Part shown: positions 9,075 through 18,415 of the stretch, piece after piece
How positions within the stretch are numbered: the stretch's first letter is position 1
How the letters are laid out: the number at the start of each line of letters is the position of its first letter
Source: Solirubrobacterales bacterium
Lineage (GTDB): Bacteria > Bacillota > Clostridia > Clostridiales > Clostridiaceae
NCBI GenBank assembly: GCA_050261915.1
Contig: JBLNDT010000006.1
Span: forward strand, 37,180 to 101,179
DNA: 64,000 nt
Direction of reading: 5' to 3'
Program-made: the position numbers and the translations under genes
The notes under the pieces: generated by a model
The model's input: the letters and a program-made list of their open reading frames with translations, nothing else
Databases searched by the model: none
What the model was told of the DNA's origin: nothing

Positions 9075-10088
9075 GTGGAAAAATTGAAAAAATACTTGAA
9101 AAATTATTTTTCCAATGGCTCAAATGTTACTTTAGTTATTGTGATGACAATTATAGTTTTGTCTGTTTCAGTATTTACTTTTATGAAATCAATAACAGTA
9201 TCAGCAGATGGTAAACAATATAAAATAGTAACATTTAAATCTACATACGGAGCTGCACTTCAAAGCAGTGGTATAGTAGTAGGGCCAAAGGACAAAGCAA
9301 CTCCAAGTTTAGACAGTAAAGTTGAAGATGGCAGTGTCATAAATATTAAAAGAGCAGTCAATGTACAGTTAGAAGTTGATGGAAAAGTGCTCGCTGTTAA
9401 ATCCGCAGAAGATAGTGTGGAAAAGATGATAGAAAGCGAAGGAATAGCACTTAACGAATTAGATAAAGTTTCACCATCAAGAACTTCAACACTTCAAGAC
9501 GGCAGTAAAGTGGAAGTTGTAAGAGTTGTGTCTAAGGACATAAAGGAATTAAGCACTGTAGCTTATGGTACTGTTGTTAAAAATGACAGCAGTATGGGAC
9601 CAGGGGAAAGTATGGTTGTTCAGCAGGGCAAATCAGGGGAAAAGGAAACTGTAATAAGAGTATTATTTGAAAATGGTAAAGAAGTTTCCAGAAAAATTAT
9701 TGCTGAAACCGTAAAATCCGCACCTGTCCAAAAGGTTGTAGCTGTGGGTACAACAAGCTCAATGAGTTTTTCCCGTGGAGGAAGCATCGATTCGGCTAAA
9801 ACTTTAAGAATGAAAGCCACCGCATACTCAGCAGCAGATGGCAATGGCAGCGGTAGAACCGCTACTGGAACCAGAGCAAAGAGAAACAGCGGCGGATACA
9901 GTTCAATAGCTGTGGATCCAAGAGTAATTCCACTTGGATCTAAAGTTTACGTAGAAGGTTATGGATATGCCATAGCAGAGGATACTGGCGGAGCAATTAA
10001 AGGTAATGTAATTGATGTATTTTTTAATTCATCTAGTGATTGCCGTAATTGGGGAGTTAGATACGTAAATGTCTACGTAGTTGATTAA
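9075..10088 (+). CDS. yabE: YabE/RpfB-like protein (DUF348 repeats, G5 domain, 3D domain)
   Basis: TM anchor, DUF348-like repeats, G5-like segment (GKSGEKETVIRVLFENGK), C-terminal 3D domain (IAVDPRVIPLGSKVYVEGYGYAIAEDTGGAIKG). GTG 9075 lies 8 nt after the AGAGGAGG RBS; the track start at 9048 is probably too early. Confidence 0.85.
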   Translation: MEKLKKYLKNYFSNGSNVTLVIVMTIIVLSVSVFTFMKSITVSADGKQYKIVTFKSTYGAALQSSGIVVGPKDKATPSLDSKVEDGSVINIKRAVNVQLEVDGKVLAVKSAEDSVEKMIESEGIALNELDKVSPSRTSTLQDGSKVEVVRVVSKDIKELSTVAYGTVVKNDSSMGPGESMVVQQGKSGEKETVIRVLFENGKEVSRKIIAETVKSAPVQKVVAVGTTSSMSFSRGGSIDSAKTLRMKATAYSAADGNGSGRTATGTRAKRNSGGYSSIAVDPRVIPLGSKVYVEGYGYAIAEDTGGAIKGNVIDVFFNSSSDCRNWGVRYVNVYVVD

Positions 10089-10114
10089 ATAGGAGCATTT
10101 GCTCCTATTTTTTC
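10088..10114 (+). terminator. intrinsic terminator after yabE
   Basis: ATAGGAGC-ATTT-GCTCCTAT hairpin plus T-run. Confidence 0.75.
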
Positions 10115-10142
10115 TGCATTTAAATATTTTGGAGGTATTAAA

Positions 10143-10682
10143 TTGATAAAAGAAGTTATCGTAGTAGAAGGAAGAGATGATATTACTGCAGTAAAAAGAG
10201 CAGTTGATGCAGAAGTTATTGCGGTAGGCGGATTTGGAATAAATAAAAAAGTGATTCAAAGAATTCAGGAGGCCCAGAAAAGGAAAGGGGTTATTGTTTT
10301 CACAGACCCGGATTTTGCTGGAGAAAAAATTAGAAAAATTATATCAAAAAGGGTTCCTGGGATAAAGCATGCGTATATATCTCAGAAGGAAGGTATAAAA
10401 GATGGAGATATTGGAGTTGAAAATGCTTCTCCAGAATCTATTATTAAGGCATTAAATTCTGCAAAGTGTGAAACTGCGGAAAAAAGGGAAGAATTTAATT
10501 CACAGGACATGATATCAAATATGTTAACTGGATATGCATGTTCAAAGGAAAGAAGAGATAAACTGGGAAATATTTTAGGTATAGGCTACTGTAATGCTTC
10601 TCAATTTGTCACAAGGCTCAACAACTATGGAATAGACAGGGAAGAATTTAACAATGCTTTAAAATTAATTGATGGAGAGTAA
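10143..10682 (+). CDS. rnmV: ribonuclease M5 (TOPRIM)
   Basis: VIVVEGRDD ... [19 protein letters not shown] motifs. TTG start after GGAGG. Conserved position before rsmA. Confidence 0.9.
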   Translation: MIKEVIVVEGRDDITAVKRAVDAEVIAVGGFGINKKVIQRIQEAQKRKGVIVFTDPDFAGEKIRKIISKRVPGIKHAYISQKEGIKDGDIGVENASPESIIKALNSAKCETAEKREEFNSQDMISNMLTGYACSKERRDKLGNILGIGYCNASQFVTRLNNYGIDREEFNNALKLIDGE

Positions 10683-10686
10683 TGAT

Positions 10687-11523
10687 ATGAATGAAATAAT
10701 AACTAAAAACATTGTAAATAAATATGGTTTTAAATTCTCTAAGAGTCTGGGGCAGAATTTTTTGATTGATGACACTGTACTGGAGGATATTATTGATGCA
10801 TCTGAAATTAACAGCTCTGACTTTGTAATTGAAATAGGCCCTGGAGTAGGAACTCTTACTAAGCTTCTTTTAAAAAAGGCGAAAAAAGTATGTGCAATAG
10901 AACTGGATACTGATCTCATACCAATTTTAAATGAAGAGCTAAAGGAATTTGAAAACTTTCAGATCATACATAATGATGCTCTAAAGGTTGATTTTAGTGA
11001 AATAATAGGAGATGAGAAAAATGTTAAGGTAGTTGCAAACCTGCCATATTACGTTACCACTCCTATAATATCAAAGCTAATAACTGAAAAAAACAATATT
11101 AGTTCAATAACTATAATGATACAAAAGGAAGTAGCTGAAAGAATTGCAGCAAAACCAAATACCAAGGAATATGGGGCAATAACTGTTTTGGTACAGTATT
11201 ACTGCACTGTAGATAAAATAAGAAAGGTAAGTCCAAACTCATTTATTCCAAAACCAAAGGTTGACTCAATGGTTATAAAGCTAAATAAAATGGATGAGCC
11301 AAAGTGCTCTGTTGAAAACCAGGACTTGTTTTTCAAGGTGGTTAGGGAATCTTTTAACATGAGAAGAAAAACATTATCCAATTCTCTTAAAAATTTAGGG
11401 TTAACAAAGGAAAATCTAAACTTAGCCTTTGAAAATGCAGGAATAGACCCTAAAAGACGAGGTGAAACCTTGTCTATTGAAGAATTTGGAAAGTTGTCAG
11501 ACTGCATAAACTTTTTTCTATAG
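10687..11523 (+). CDS. rsmA: 16S rRNA (adenine1518/1519-N6)-dimethyltransferase
   Basis: [18 protein letters not shown] and ANLPYY motifs. ATG 10687 lies 7 nt after GGAGAG; the ORF track begins at 10669, overlapping the rnmV end. Confidence 0.93.
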   Translation: MNEIITKNIVNKYGFKFSKSLGQNFLIDDTVLEDIIDASEINSSDFVIEIGPGVGTLTKLLLKKAKKVCAIELDTDLIPILNEELKEFENFQIIHNDALKVDFSEIIGDEKNVKVVANLPYYVTTPIISKLITEKNNISSITIMIQKEVAERIAAKPNTKEYGAITVLVQYYCTVDKIRKVSPNSFIPKPKVDSMVIKLNKMDEPKCSVENQDLFFKVVRESFNMRRKTLSNSLKNLGLTKENLNLAFENAGIDPKRRGETLSIEEFGKLSDCINFFL

Positions 11524-11581
11524 GTTCACTTTTGCCAATATACCTCATATATTATATTGAATAAAAAAAACGGAGGTATAA

Positions 11582-12448
11582 ATGTTGGCTCAAAAAAAGG
11601 GTTATAGCAGGTACTTTATTATACTGCAGGAAGATGAAAAAGGCTATTCATTATCAAATGACAAGCTTTCTTCCGGCTATGTGAAACTAGAATTGAAAAA
11701 CGAAAAGTGTAAAGTTTCATATTACGTTCAAAACCTAAAAAAGGGGAGCTCCCCATACTATATGGTTTTGATATGCAATAAGAAAGAAGTAAAAAGGATA
11801 ATAAAAATCGGGGAAATGGATATAGACGAACAGGGAAGAGCAGACGTTTATTTTGAATATCCATATGACAACATAGCAGATACCTTGATTCCCATGGATA
11901 AAGTGTCCGGGGCAGCGGTAATAAAAATTTTAGATGGGAACATAATTTCAGTAATGAGCGGATTTTCTTCTACAGAGATACCTGATTGGAAAACGTATGG
12001 CATAGAAGCTGATGTAAGAGAGGATGTAGTAGAGGAAGAAAAAAATGTATTTGAGGAATACGAAGAAAAAATCGGTAATTCAGAATTTTTCAGGTGTTTT
12101 TCAGATAAATTTGAAAGGTTTGACAACATTAGTGATGAAATAAAAAGATGTATATGGTATAAAATCCCATGGAACAATGTGGATCAAAGTGAACTATATT
12201 ATCCTGTAATGAATTTATATAATGAAATAAAGGAACGGGGATATTTACTTGTGGGAGGTAAATATGACAGGGAAGGTAATTTAAAGTACGTTGCTTACGG
12301 AATACCGGGAAAAAACGAAGGAGACAGTCAGCCCTTAAGGGGAGAATCTGGGTTTGTTACATGGGTATCCGAAAAATCAGGTACTCTGGGGTACTGGCTA
12401 ATGTTTTACGATTATAAAGCTTCAACAATTATTGTACCCTTGAAATAG
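11582..12448 (+). CDS. uncharacterised two-domain protein (beta-rich N-domain, acidic linker, C-domain ending GYWLMFYDY)
   Basis: Long ORF with GGAGG RBS and its own terminator. I recognise no family. Confidence 0.6.
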   Translation: MLAQKKGYSRYFIILQEDEKGYSLSNDKLSSGYVKLELKNEKCKVSYYVQNLKKGSSPYYMVLICNKKEVKRIIKIGEMDIDEQGRADVYFEYPYDNIADTLIPMDKVSGAAVIKILDGNIISVMSGFSSTEIPDWKTYGIEADVREDVVEEEKNVFEEYEEKIGNSEFFRCFSDKFERFDNISDEIKRCIWYKIPWNNVDQSELYYPVMNLYNEIKERGYLLVGGKYDREGNLKYVAYGIPGKNEGDSQPLRGESGFVTWVSEKSGTLGYWLMFYDYKASTIIVPLK

Positions 12449-12478
12449 GTATGCAGTCATGCATACCTATTTAATTTA
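12444..12478 (+). terminator. hairpin terminator after 11582-12448
   Basis: AATAGGTATGCA-GTCA-TGCATACCTATT hairpin overlapping the stop codon. The T-run is weak. Confidence 0.55.
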
Positions 12479-12517
12479 ATGCATATAATATAATAATTAC
12501 TTGTTTATGGGGATAAT

Positions 12518-13102
12518 ATGAGGGTATTATATATAAATCGAAAACAATTGGGGATTACGCTTTTACTAATAGGACTTATGCTGGTGCTGTTTGCATTTGA
12601 AAAAAATTTTGAAAATAAACTTAAACTAACCCTATTAATAGAAAATGATATTAAATATTTAAAGCAGTATGACACTGGTAAGGAAGGAATTAATTATAAG
12701 CTTCCTTCAGAATGGAAAACCAGTTTGGAAAATTACACGGGTGGGGAAATATTATATCATAATAATTTTCAGTCTTCAGATTCCGTTATTCATGGATTTG
12801 TACAAGTTATTAATATAAAAAAAGAATTAAGGTCTTATCTTGAGGAAAGTAAAATTATATCTGAAAAACAAAATAAAATTTATGAATACAACATTTCACC
12901 AGTTAAAGTCAAAAAAAACAGTGGATACCTTGTAAAATATGAAATTGAAGCAAAACAAGGTGTGGTATACACTTGTTATGAATACTTCATAGATATAAAT
13001 GGAAAAATAATAAGGTTTTCATTTTATGTAAGGGAAAATAGTTATAAAGAGAATATGGCTGGGGTATTTAGTGTTATTGTAAATACAGTAGAAATCAAAT
13101 AA
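12518..13102 (+). CDS. uncharacterised membrane-anchored protein
   Basis: N-terminal TM helix (LGITLLLIGLMLVLFAF) followed by a beta-rich extracytoplasmic domain. Family not recognised. Confidence 0.6.
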   Translation: MRVLYINRKQLGITLLLIGLMLVLFAFEKNFENKLKLTLLIENDIKYLKQYDTGKEGINYKLPSEWKTSLENYTGGEILYHNNFQSSDSVIHGFVQVINIKKELRSYLEESKIISEKQNKIYEYNISPVKVKKNSGYLVKYEIEAKQGVVYTCYEYFIDINGKIIRFSFYVRENSYKENMAGVFSVIVNTVEIK

Positions 13103-13107
13103 GATTA

Positions 13108-13137
13108 AGTCCGGAATTGTCCGGACTATTTTTTTAT
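13108..13137 (+). terminator. intrinsic terminator
   Basis: AGTCCGGA-ATTG-TCCGGACT hairpin followed by a T-run. Confidence 0.85.
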
Positions 13138-13197
13138 TTATTTCGCTTATTATGTTATAATAAATTTTGAAAAGAGCTAAATTAGGAGGTATTTCTT

Positions 13198-14031
13198 TTG
13201 AGTTTAAAGAAAAGAATATTTATATATATAACAACTATTATTTTAGTTTGTATTACATTATCAGGGTGTGCAGCTGGAGATAATTTAAAGGTTAAGCTAG
13301 GTCTTAAAAATACTGATTTTGAGTATATCAAGCAGAATAAAATTAATAAAATTATTATACAAAGTACAAGAGATCCTGGTTTCAGATTTATGGTAACTGA
13401 TCAAAATGCAATAAGCGAATTATATAATATATTATCTTCAGCAAAACAAGCCAGCCAAAAATCAACCCTTGATGCAGACTATGTGTTTGAGTTATACGAA
13501 GCGGAAGGAACAGTACATAAATTTAAATACGTAGCTGAACTTGACAGAAGTGAGGGTGGGAATTTATATTCAGATGATAAAATATACGTGGTTTCAAAAA
13601 GAATTGACAACGATATAATTAATAATTTTTGGGATATAAGAAAACCAAAGAATTTTCAAGATGTGTATTACAGCTCTATTATTGACAGCATAGATAAGTA
13701 TTTTGCAGATAAGGACAAAAATAAATCCATCGGGGTAGATCTTAAGGATGATGTGGATATAGCAAAGTTTTTATTGTCCACAGATTTGGAAAACTTTAAG
13801 GATGACTTACACAAGGATTTTAAAACATCTGAGATTGCATCTGATGACAATGACAAATATGATGTAATGGTTACTGTAAAAACTCAAGGCTATAAATCAA
13901 CTATGTATAAAAGCATCATAACCTTCTGGGATAAGGAAAAGCAGACTGAAGACAAATATTATGTAAGTGGAAAGCATGAGGGTGGAACCTGGAATGTAAA
14001 TATTACCAGCACAAAACCGGATGATTTTTAG
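13198..14031 (+). CDS. uncharacterised lipoprotein
   Basis: TTG start after AGGAGG. Signal peptide ending in the lipobox LSGC. Confidence 0.7.
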   Translation: MSLKKRIFIYITTIILVCITLSGCAAGDNLKVKLGLKNTDFEYIKQNKINKIIIQSTRDPGFRFMVTDQNAISELYNILSSAKQASQKSTLDADYVFELYEAEGTVHKFKYVAELDRSEGGNLYSDDKIYVVSKRIDNDIINNFWDIRKPKNFQDVYYSSIIDSIDKYFADKDKNKSIGVDLKDDVDIAKFLLSTDLENFKDDLHKDFKTSEIASDDNDKYDVMVTVKTQGYKSTMYKSIITFWDKEKQTEDKYYVSGKHEGGTWNVNITSTKPDDF

Positions 14032-14074
14032 CAATAGTGTAATAATAAAATAAAAGATTATTGGAGGGATAATT

Positions 14075-14263
14075 ATGAAAGCTATGTTGGAAAAAGAAGG
14101 CTGTATAAGCTGTGGGATGTGTATTGCAATATGTCCTCAGGTATTTCAAATGGAGGATGACGGAAAAGCCGGAGTAGTTCAAGAAGAAGTCCCTGACAAT
14201 TTGTTAGGTAGTGCAAAAGAAGCGGAGGAAAGCTGCCCTGTATCTGTAATTGCAATTTCTTAA
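14075..14263 (+). CDS. small [4Fe-4S] ferredoxin
   Basis: 62 aa with CISCGMCIAICP ... CPVSVI, the single-cluster ferredoxin pattern. RBS GGAGGG. Confidence 0.85.
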   Translation: MKAMLEKEGCISCGMCIAICPQVFQMEDDGKAGVVQEEVPDNLLGSAKEAEESCPVSVIAIS

Positions 14264-14266
14264 AAT

Positions 14267-14297
14267 AAAAGCTGTGGATATTCCACAGCTTTTATTT
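14267..14297. terminator. bidirectional terminator between ferredoxin and the convergent small ORF
   Basis: AAAAGCTGTGGA-TATT-TCCACAGCTTTT hairpin flanked by A-run and T-run. Confidence 0.7.
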
Positions 14298-14302
14298 ATG
14301 TT

Positions 14303-14479
14303 TTAAAAGAAATCCATTAGTTTACTGTTATTAAGTCTAATAATTCCAGGATCCATATTCACACTATCACCTATTACGGTTCCCTTGGGGAGATTCGACA
14401 AACTAATATTTTTAGTTGTGCCATCCTGAAAGGATATATAAGCGTCTGTCATATTAATATCTATTACTTTTCCAAGCAA
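14303..14479 (-). CDS. unannotated 58-aa ORF, DUF3006-like
   Basis: Manual translation: (TTG)LGKVIDINMTDAYISFQDGTTKNISLSNLPKGTVIGDSVNMDPGIIRLNNSKLMDFF. GAGGTGA RBS 7 nt upstream. The pattern VID....A.....DG......LP....GD resembles DUF3006. Confidence 0.45.
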   Translation of the reverse strand: MLGKVIDINMTDAYISFQDGTTKNISLSNLPKGTVIGDSVNMDPGIIRLNNSKLMDFF

Positions 14480-14629
14480 AATTCATCACCTCACTATATT
14501 ATTTACAATATTTTGTAATATATTCTAAAAAATTAATTATAAGAACATCAGATACAATATATAAACAAAAGAAATAGAAGGTAGCTAACTGTAATCCTCC
14601 CTAATACACAAAAAAAGTTGCTGGAGAAA

Positions 14630-14658
14630 TTGAATAAAAAAATATATCATAGTATAAT
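14630..14658 (+). promoter_or_regulatory. sigma-A type promoter of nrdDG
   Basis: TTGAAT (14630-14635), 17-nt spacer, TATAAT (14653-14658). Confidence 0.5.
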
Positions 14659-14671
14659 ATCAAATAGACGA

Positions 14672-14687
14672 ATACAATATATAGTGG
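14672..14687 (+). promoter_or_regulatory. NrdR box
   Basis: ATACAATATATAGTGG matches 14 of 16 positions of the NrdR-box consensus acaCwAtATaTwGtgt as I recall it. It lies between the -10 and the nrdD RBS. Confidence 0.6.
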
Positions 14688-14703
14688 TTTGGAGGTAGTT
14701 GTA

Positions 14704-16818
14704 ATGCTACATGTTGTGAAAAGAGATGGCAGAAAAGTAGAATTTAATTCAATTAAAATCACAAATGCTATAAAAGGTGCCTGCGGGGAGATAGGCAATG
14801 AGCTAAAGGAAAGCGAATTAATAGAGCTTACCCAAAAGGCAATAAAAAAGATTGAGGACTTAGACAAGCCTAATATTAAGGTTGAGGATATTCAAAACAT
14901 AGTTGAAAGTACTTTGTTAAAGGAAGGGTATGACGAACTCGGGGTTATCTATTCAAATTATAGAAGAGAAAGAACAAAGATAAGAGAGATTAAGTCAGAT
15001 TTGATGACTGCTATTGAAAAGATAGGAGTAGAAACTGACAGAGACAACGCTAATGTAGGTAACAACTTCAGCTCAAAGCTTCTAAGGATAGCAAGTGAAT
15101 CAAATAAATGGTACAATCTTTCAGCTATGCCAAAGTATTTGGCAAAGGCTCATGAAAATGGAGATATATACTACCATGATTTAGACAGCTATAATCTTAC
15201 AACAAACTGTCTGCACATACCAACTAAGGAAGTGCTTCAGAGGGGGTTTAACACAGGATATGGATATATCAGACCTCCTAAAAGAATAGAATCAGCATGC
15301 GAGCTTTCATGCATATTGCTCCAGTCAACACAGAACGATATGTTTGGAGGACAATCCCATCCTGATTTTGACAATGATATGGGTGCATTTGTTGAACCTA
15401 CGAGACATGAAATAAGAAAAGAACTTAGAGAGCTTGGTATTGAAGAAGGTAAAATAGAAGCAATAGTAGAAAAGAAGCTTACTAAATGTATTAGCCAGGC
15501 AATGCAGGGTATTGTATATAATCTTAATACAATGCATTCAAGAGCAGGAAGCCAGGTGCCATTCAGCTCAATAAATATTGGAATTCCTGAAACAAGAGAT
15601 GCAGCTCTTGTATGCGAAAGCTTTTTAAGGGAATATCAAAAGGGTTTAGGAAATGGAGAACAACCAATATTCCCAAACATAATATTCAGAGTTAAAGAAG
15701 GGGTAAACAGAGATAAGGAAGACCCATACTACTATCTGTTTAAACTTGCCTGTGAAGTTGCAGGAAAAAGAATGAATCCAACTTTCATGAATATTGATGC
15801 GGATTTTAACAAGTTTTACTATGATCAAGGGGTAATACCTGCAACTATGGGATGCAGAACCTACGTTTGCTCAAATGTTAATGGGGAGCCAGGAACAAAG
15901 GGAAGAGGGAATATAGCCCCAACAACAATAAATCTTCCTAGAATAGGTATGGTTTCCAAGGGAGATGTAGATAAATTCTTTAATATTCTTGATCTAAGGC
16001 TTGAACTTGCAAAGGATGCCCTTTTAAACAGATATGATGTGCTTAAGAAATTAAGAGTAAAGGACTTGCCTTTTGTTGCAGGGCAGGGCCTAATGAAGGG
16101 ATCTGAAAATTTAAGACCAGAGGATTCAATTGAACCAATACTAAAACAAGGGACCTGGTCTATAGGTTTCATAGGTCTTGCAGAAACCCTTACAGCTCTT
16201 ATGGGGGTACATCATGGAGAAGATGAAAAGGCTAGAGAACTAGGGTTGAAAATAGTAACTCATATTAGAAATTATACAGACAAACTTACAAAAGAAACAA
16301 ATCTTAACTGGAGTACTTATGCAACTCCTGCAGAAGGACTAAGCGGCAGATTTGTGCTTCAGGACAGAAGGGTTTATGGAATAGTAAAGGGTGTAACTGA
16401 TAAGGATTATTATACAAATAGTTACCATGTACCTGTTGAATTTAAAATATCAATAAAAAACAAAATAGATATTGAAGCTCCATATCATAAGCTTTGCAAC
16501 GCGGGGCACATAAGCTATTTAGAACTGGATGATTATCCTACTGCAGATGTTATAGAGGATATAATACAATATGCATATGGTGAAACAAACATAAGTTACA
16601 TAGGAATAAACTTTCATATAAAATATTGCAGAGAATGCGGGACTTACTTAAACGGTGAAGAAAATTCATGCCCAAAATGCGGCTCAGATGATGTTCAGGG
16701 AATTTCTAGAGTTACAGGGTATTTGAGCTTGGATGAAAGGTTTGGAGCAGGAAAAACAGCTGAGAGAAAAGACAGAAAATCCCACGATTCAAAGCACAGC
16801 AATAATTACTATATCTAA
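14704..16818 (+). CDS. nrdD: anaerobic ribonucleoside-triphosphate reductase (class III)
   Basis: N-terminal ATP-cone (VVKRDGRKVEFN). C-terminal CRECG...CPKCG zinc ribbon and glycyl-radical motif RVTGYL. ATG 14704 follows GGAGG; the track start at 14689 is upstream of the RBS. Confidence 0.95.
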   Translation: MLHVVKRDGRKVEFNSIKITNAIKGACGEIGNELKESELIELTQKAIKKIEDLDKPNIKVEDIQNIVESTLLKEGYDELGVIYSNYRRERTKIREIKSDLMTAIEKIGVETDRDNANVGNNFSSKLLRIASESNKWYNLSAMPKYLAKAHENGDIYYHDLDSYNLTTNCLHIPTKEVLQRGFNTGYGYIRPPKRIESACELSCILLQSTQNDMFGGQSHPDFDNDMGAFVEPTRHEIRKELRELGIEEGKIEAIVEKKLTKCISQAMQGIVYNLNTMHSRAGSQVPFSSINIGIPETRDAALVCESFLREYQKGLGNGEQPIFPNIIFRVKEGVNRDKEDPYYYLFKLACEVAGKRMNPTFMNIDADFNKFYYDQGVIPATMGCRTYVCSNVNGEPGTKGRGNIAPTTINLPRIGMVSKGDVDKFFNILDLRLELAKDALLNRYDVLKKLRVKDLPFVAGQGLMKGSENLRPEDSIEPILKQGTWSIGFIGLAETLTALMGVHHGEDEKARELGLKIVTHIRNYTDKLTKETNLNWSTYATPAEGLSGRFVLQDRRVYGIVKGVTDKDYYTNSYHVPVEFKISIKNKIDIEAPYHKLCNAGHISYLELDDYPTADVIEDIIQYAYGETNISYIGINFHIKYCRECGTYLNGEENSCPKCGSDDVQGISRVTGYLSLDERFGAGKTAERKDRKSHDSKHSNNYYI

Positions 16819-16832
16819 AGGATGGTGGACTT

Positions 16833-17321
16833 ATGGAATACATAAAAAAAGCTCTTAGGGTTGCAGGGTTTTTAGATAATTCTCTTGTAAACGGTGATGG
16901 TCTAAGGTCTGTACTTTTCGTATCAGGTTGCAGACATAGATGCAAGGGTTGTCATAATGAATGCATGCAGGATTTTAATTATGGTGATAACGTAAGTCTT
17001 GATGAAATATTACAAAGGATTAAAAACAACATTCCTTTAATCAAAGGGGTAACCTTTTCTGGAGGAGACCCTTTTGAACAAGCTTCAGGGCTCAGCGCTC
17101 TTGCAGATGGTATTAAGGAATTAGGATTGAATATATGGTGTTATTCGGGATATACTTATGATGAGATATTAAAAAGCAATGATAAGAATAAGCTGGAGCT
17201 GCTTGAAAAGATAGATGTTTTGGTTGATGGAAGGTATGAAGAGCACTTAAAAGAAGGTGCAAAAAAATATACCGGCTCAAGAAATCAGAATATCATTAAA
17301 TTAGGGGTGCAGTATGGATAA
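16833..17321 (+). CDS. nrdG: anaerobic ribonucleotide reductase activating protein (radical SAM)
   Basis: CRHRCKGCHN radical-SAM cluster motif and GVTFSGGDP. Immediately downstream of nrdD. Confidence 0.9.
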   Translation: MEYIKKALRVAGFLDNSLVNGDGLRSVLFVSGCRHRCKGCHNECMQDFNYGDNVSLDEILQRIKNNIPLIKGVTFSGGDPFEQASGLSALADGIKELGLNIWCYSGYTYDEILKSNDKNKLELLEKIDVLVDGRYEEHLKEGAKKYTGSRNQNIIKLGVQYG

Positions 17322-17673
17322 GGATATTGAAGTTTGCGACTGCTGTGAAATACATGAAGATTGCATTAACTGTGTTAAGGACAATATGCTGGATGAAGGG
17401 ACCTTTTTAAAGCTTTCTGAATTGTTTAAGGTTCTAGGGGATCCTACCAGAATAAAAATAATATATGCACTTTTTAAAAAGGAACTTTGCGTATGTGATA
17501 TTGCGGAGGTTTTGCAGATGACCCAGTCGTCCATATCCCATCAATTAAGAATTTTGCGTTCCTTTCATTTAGTAAAGTACAGAAAGGAAGGTAAGGTAGT
17601 ATATTATTCTCTGGATGATGATCATATTAATGAATTATTTAATTCAGGGCTCGAACATGTGGCTCATAGTTAA
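17314..17673 (+). CDS. ArsR/SmtB family metalloregulator with Cys-rich N-terminus
   Basis: LGDPTRIKIIYAL ... ELCVCDIAEVL ... SSISHQLRIL wHTH signature. N-terminal CDCCEIHEDCINC. Start overlaps the nrdG stop by 8 nt. Confidence 0.85.
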   Translation: MDKDIEVCDCCEIHEDCINCVKDNMLDEGTFLKLSELFKVLGDPTRIKIIYALFKKELCVCDIAEVLQMTQSSISHQLRILRSFHLVKYRKEGKVVYYSLDDDHINELFNSGLEHVAHS

Positions 17674-17707
17674 AGGAACTAAAGCTTAGGCTTTAGTTCC
17701 TTTTTTA
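17672..17707. terminator. bidirectional terminator (overlaps 3' end of the minus-strand MBL gene)
   Basis: AAAGGAACTAAAGC-TTAG-GCTTTAGTTCCTTT hairpin with flanking T-run. Confidence 0.8.
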
Positions 17708-18336
17708 TATTCAAGTATTTTAACCTGATTGTATTCATTTAAATCACCATTCATATTAAGGGTACAGGCGTCGGTTTTATAAGCATTTTTCATGTTTATA
17801 AGAAATTTTTCCAGACCTTCAAGGGTGAAATTTAGTGATCCAGTTTTATAATGCATTGGAATAACTATATGGCTTTTAATTTCCTTTGAAAGCAAAGCAG
17901 CTTCAGCACCATCTATGGTAAAGTTACCACCAATAGGTATTAGAAGAACGTCGATAGAACCTAATTTGCTTATTTCATCCTTTGATAAAACATACCCCAG
18001 GTCTCCTAGGTGACAAACTCTGTAACCATCTACTTCAAATACGAATATTATGTTTTCTCCACGCTTTGCACCCTCTTCTTTATCATGAAAAGATGGAAAA
18101 CCTTCAATTGGAATATCTCCTATATTAAAAAAACCAGCCTTATCAATAACCTTGGTATTCGGGGGAAGATTTTTTATATAGTTATGGTCAAAATGCTGAT
18201 GGCTTATTGTAACGATATCCGTATTACCCTTGAAAACTTCATATCCTACGCTTTCATCAAAGGGATCTGTTAATATTTTTCTGCCATCTGAGTCTTCAAT
18301 TAAAAATGAAGAGTGGCCAAGCCATGTAATTTTCAT
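17686..18336 (-). CDS. MBL-fold metal-dependent hydrolase (UPF0173-like)
   Basis: ITWLGHSSFLI ... SHQHFDHN motif. Confidence 0.85.
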   Translation of the reverse strand: MKITWLGHSSFLIEDSDGRKILTDPFDESVGYEVFKGNTDIVTISHQHFDHNYIKNLPPNTKVIDKAGFFNIGDIPIEGFPSFHDKEEGAKRGENIIFVFEVDGYRVCHLGDLGYVLSKDEISKLGSIDVLLIPIGGNFTIDGAEAALLSKEIKSHIVIPMHYKTGSLNFTLEGLEKFLINMKNAYKTDACTLNMNGDLNEYNQVKILEYKKGTKA

Positions 18337-18415
18337 AAAAACACTCCTTCATTAGTTAGTATTTATAGTATAACCTATAAATTAATTTTATTATCTGATA
18401 TGATAAAATAGGAAG

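Noticed and set aside
14490-14703. Cobalamin riboswitch upstream of nrdD
   Set aside because: No B12-box-like sequence is present and the region is too short and AT-rich. An NrdR box explains the regulation.
14601-14867. Minus-strand ORF overlapping the nrdD promoter and 5' end
   Set aside because: It is a low-complexity antisense shadow of nrdD with no RBS, and it spans the promoter.
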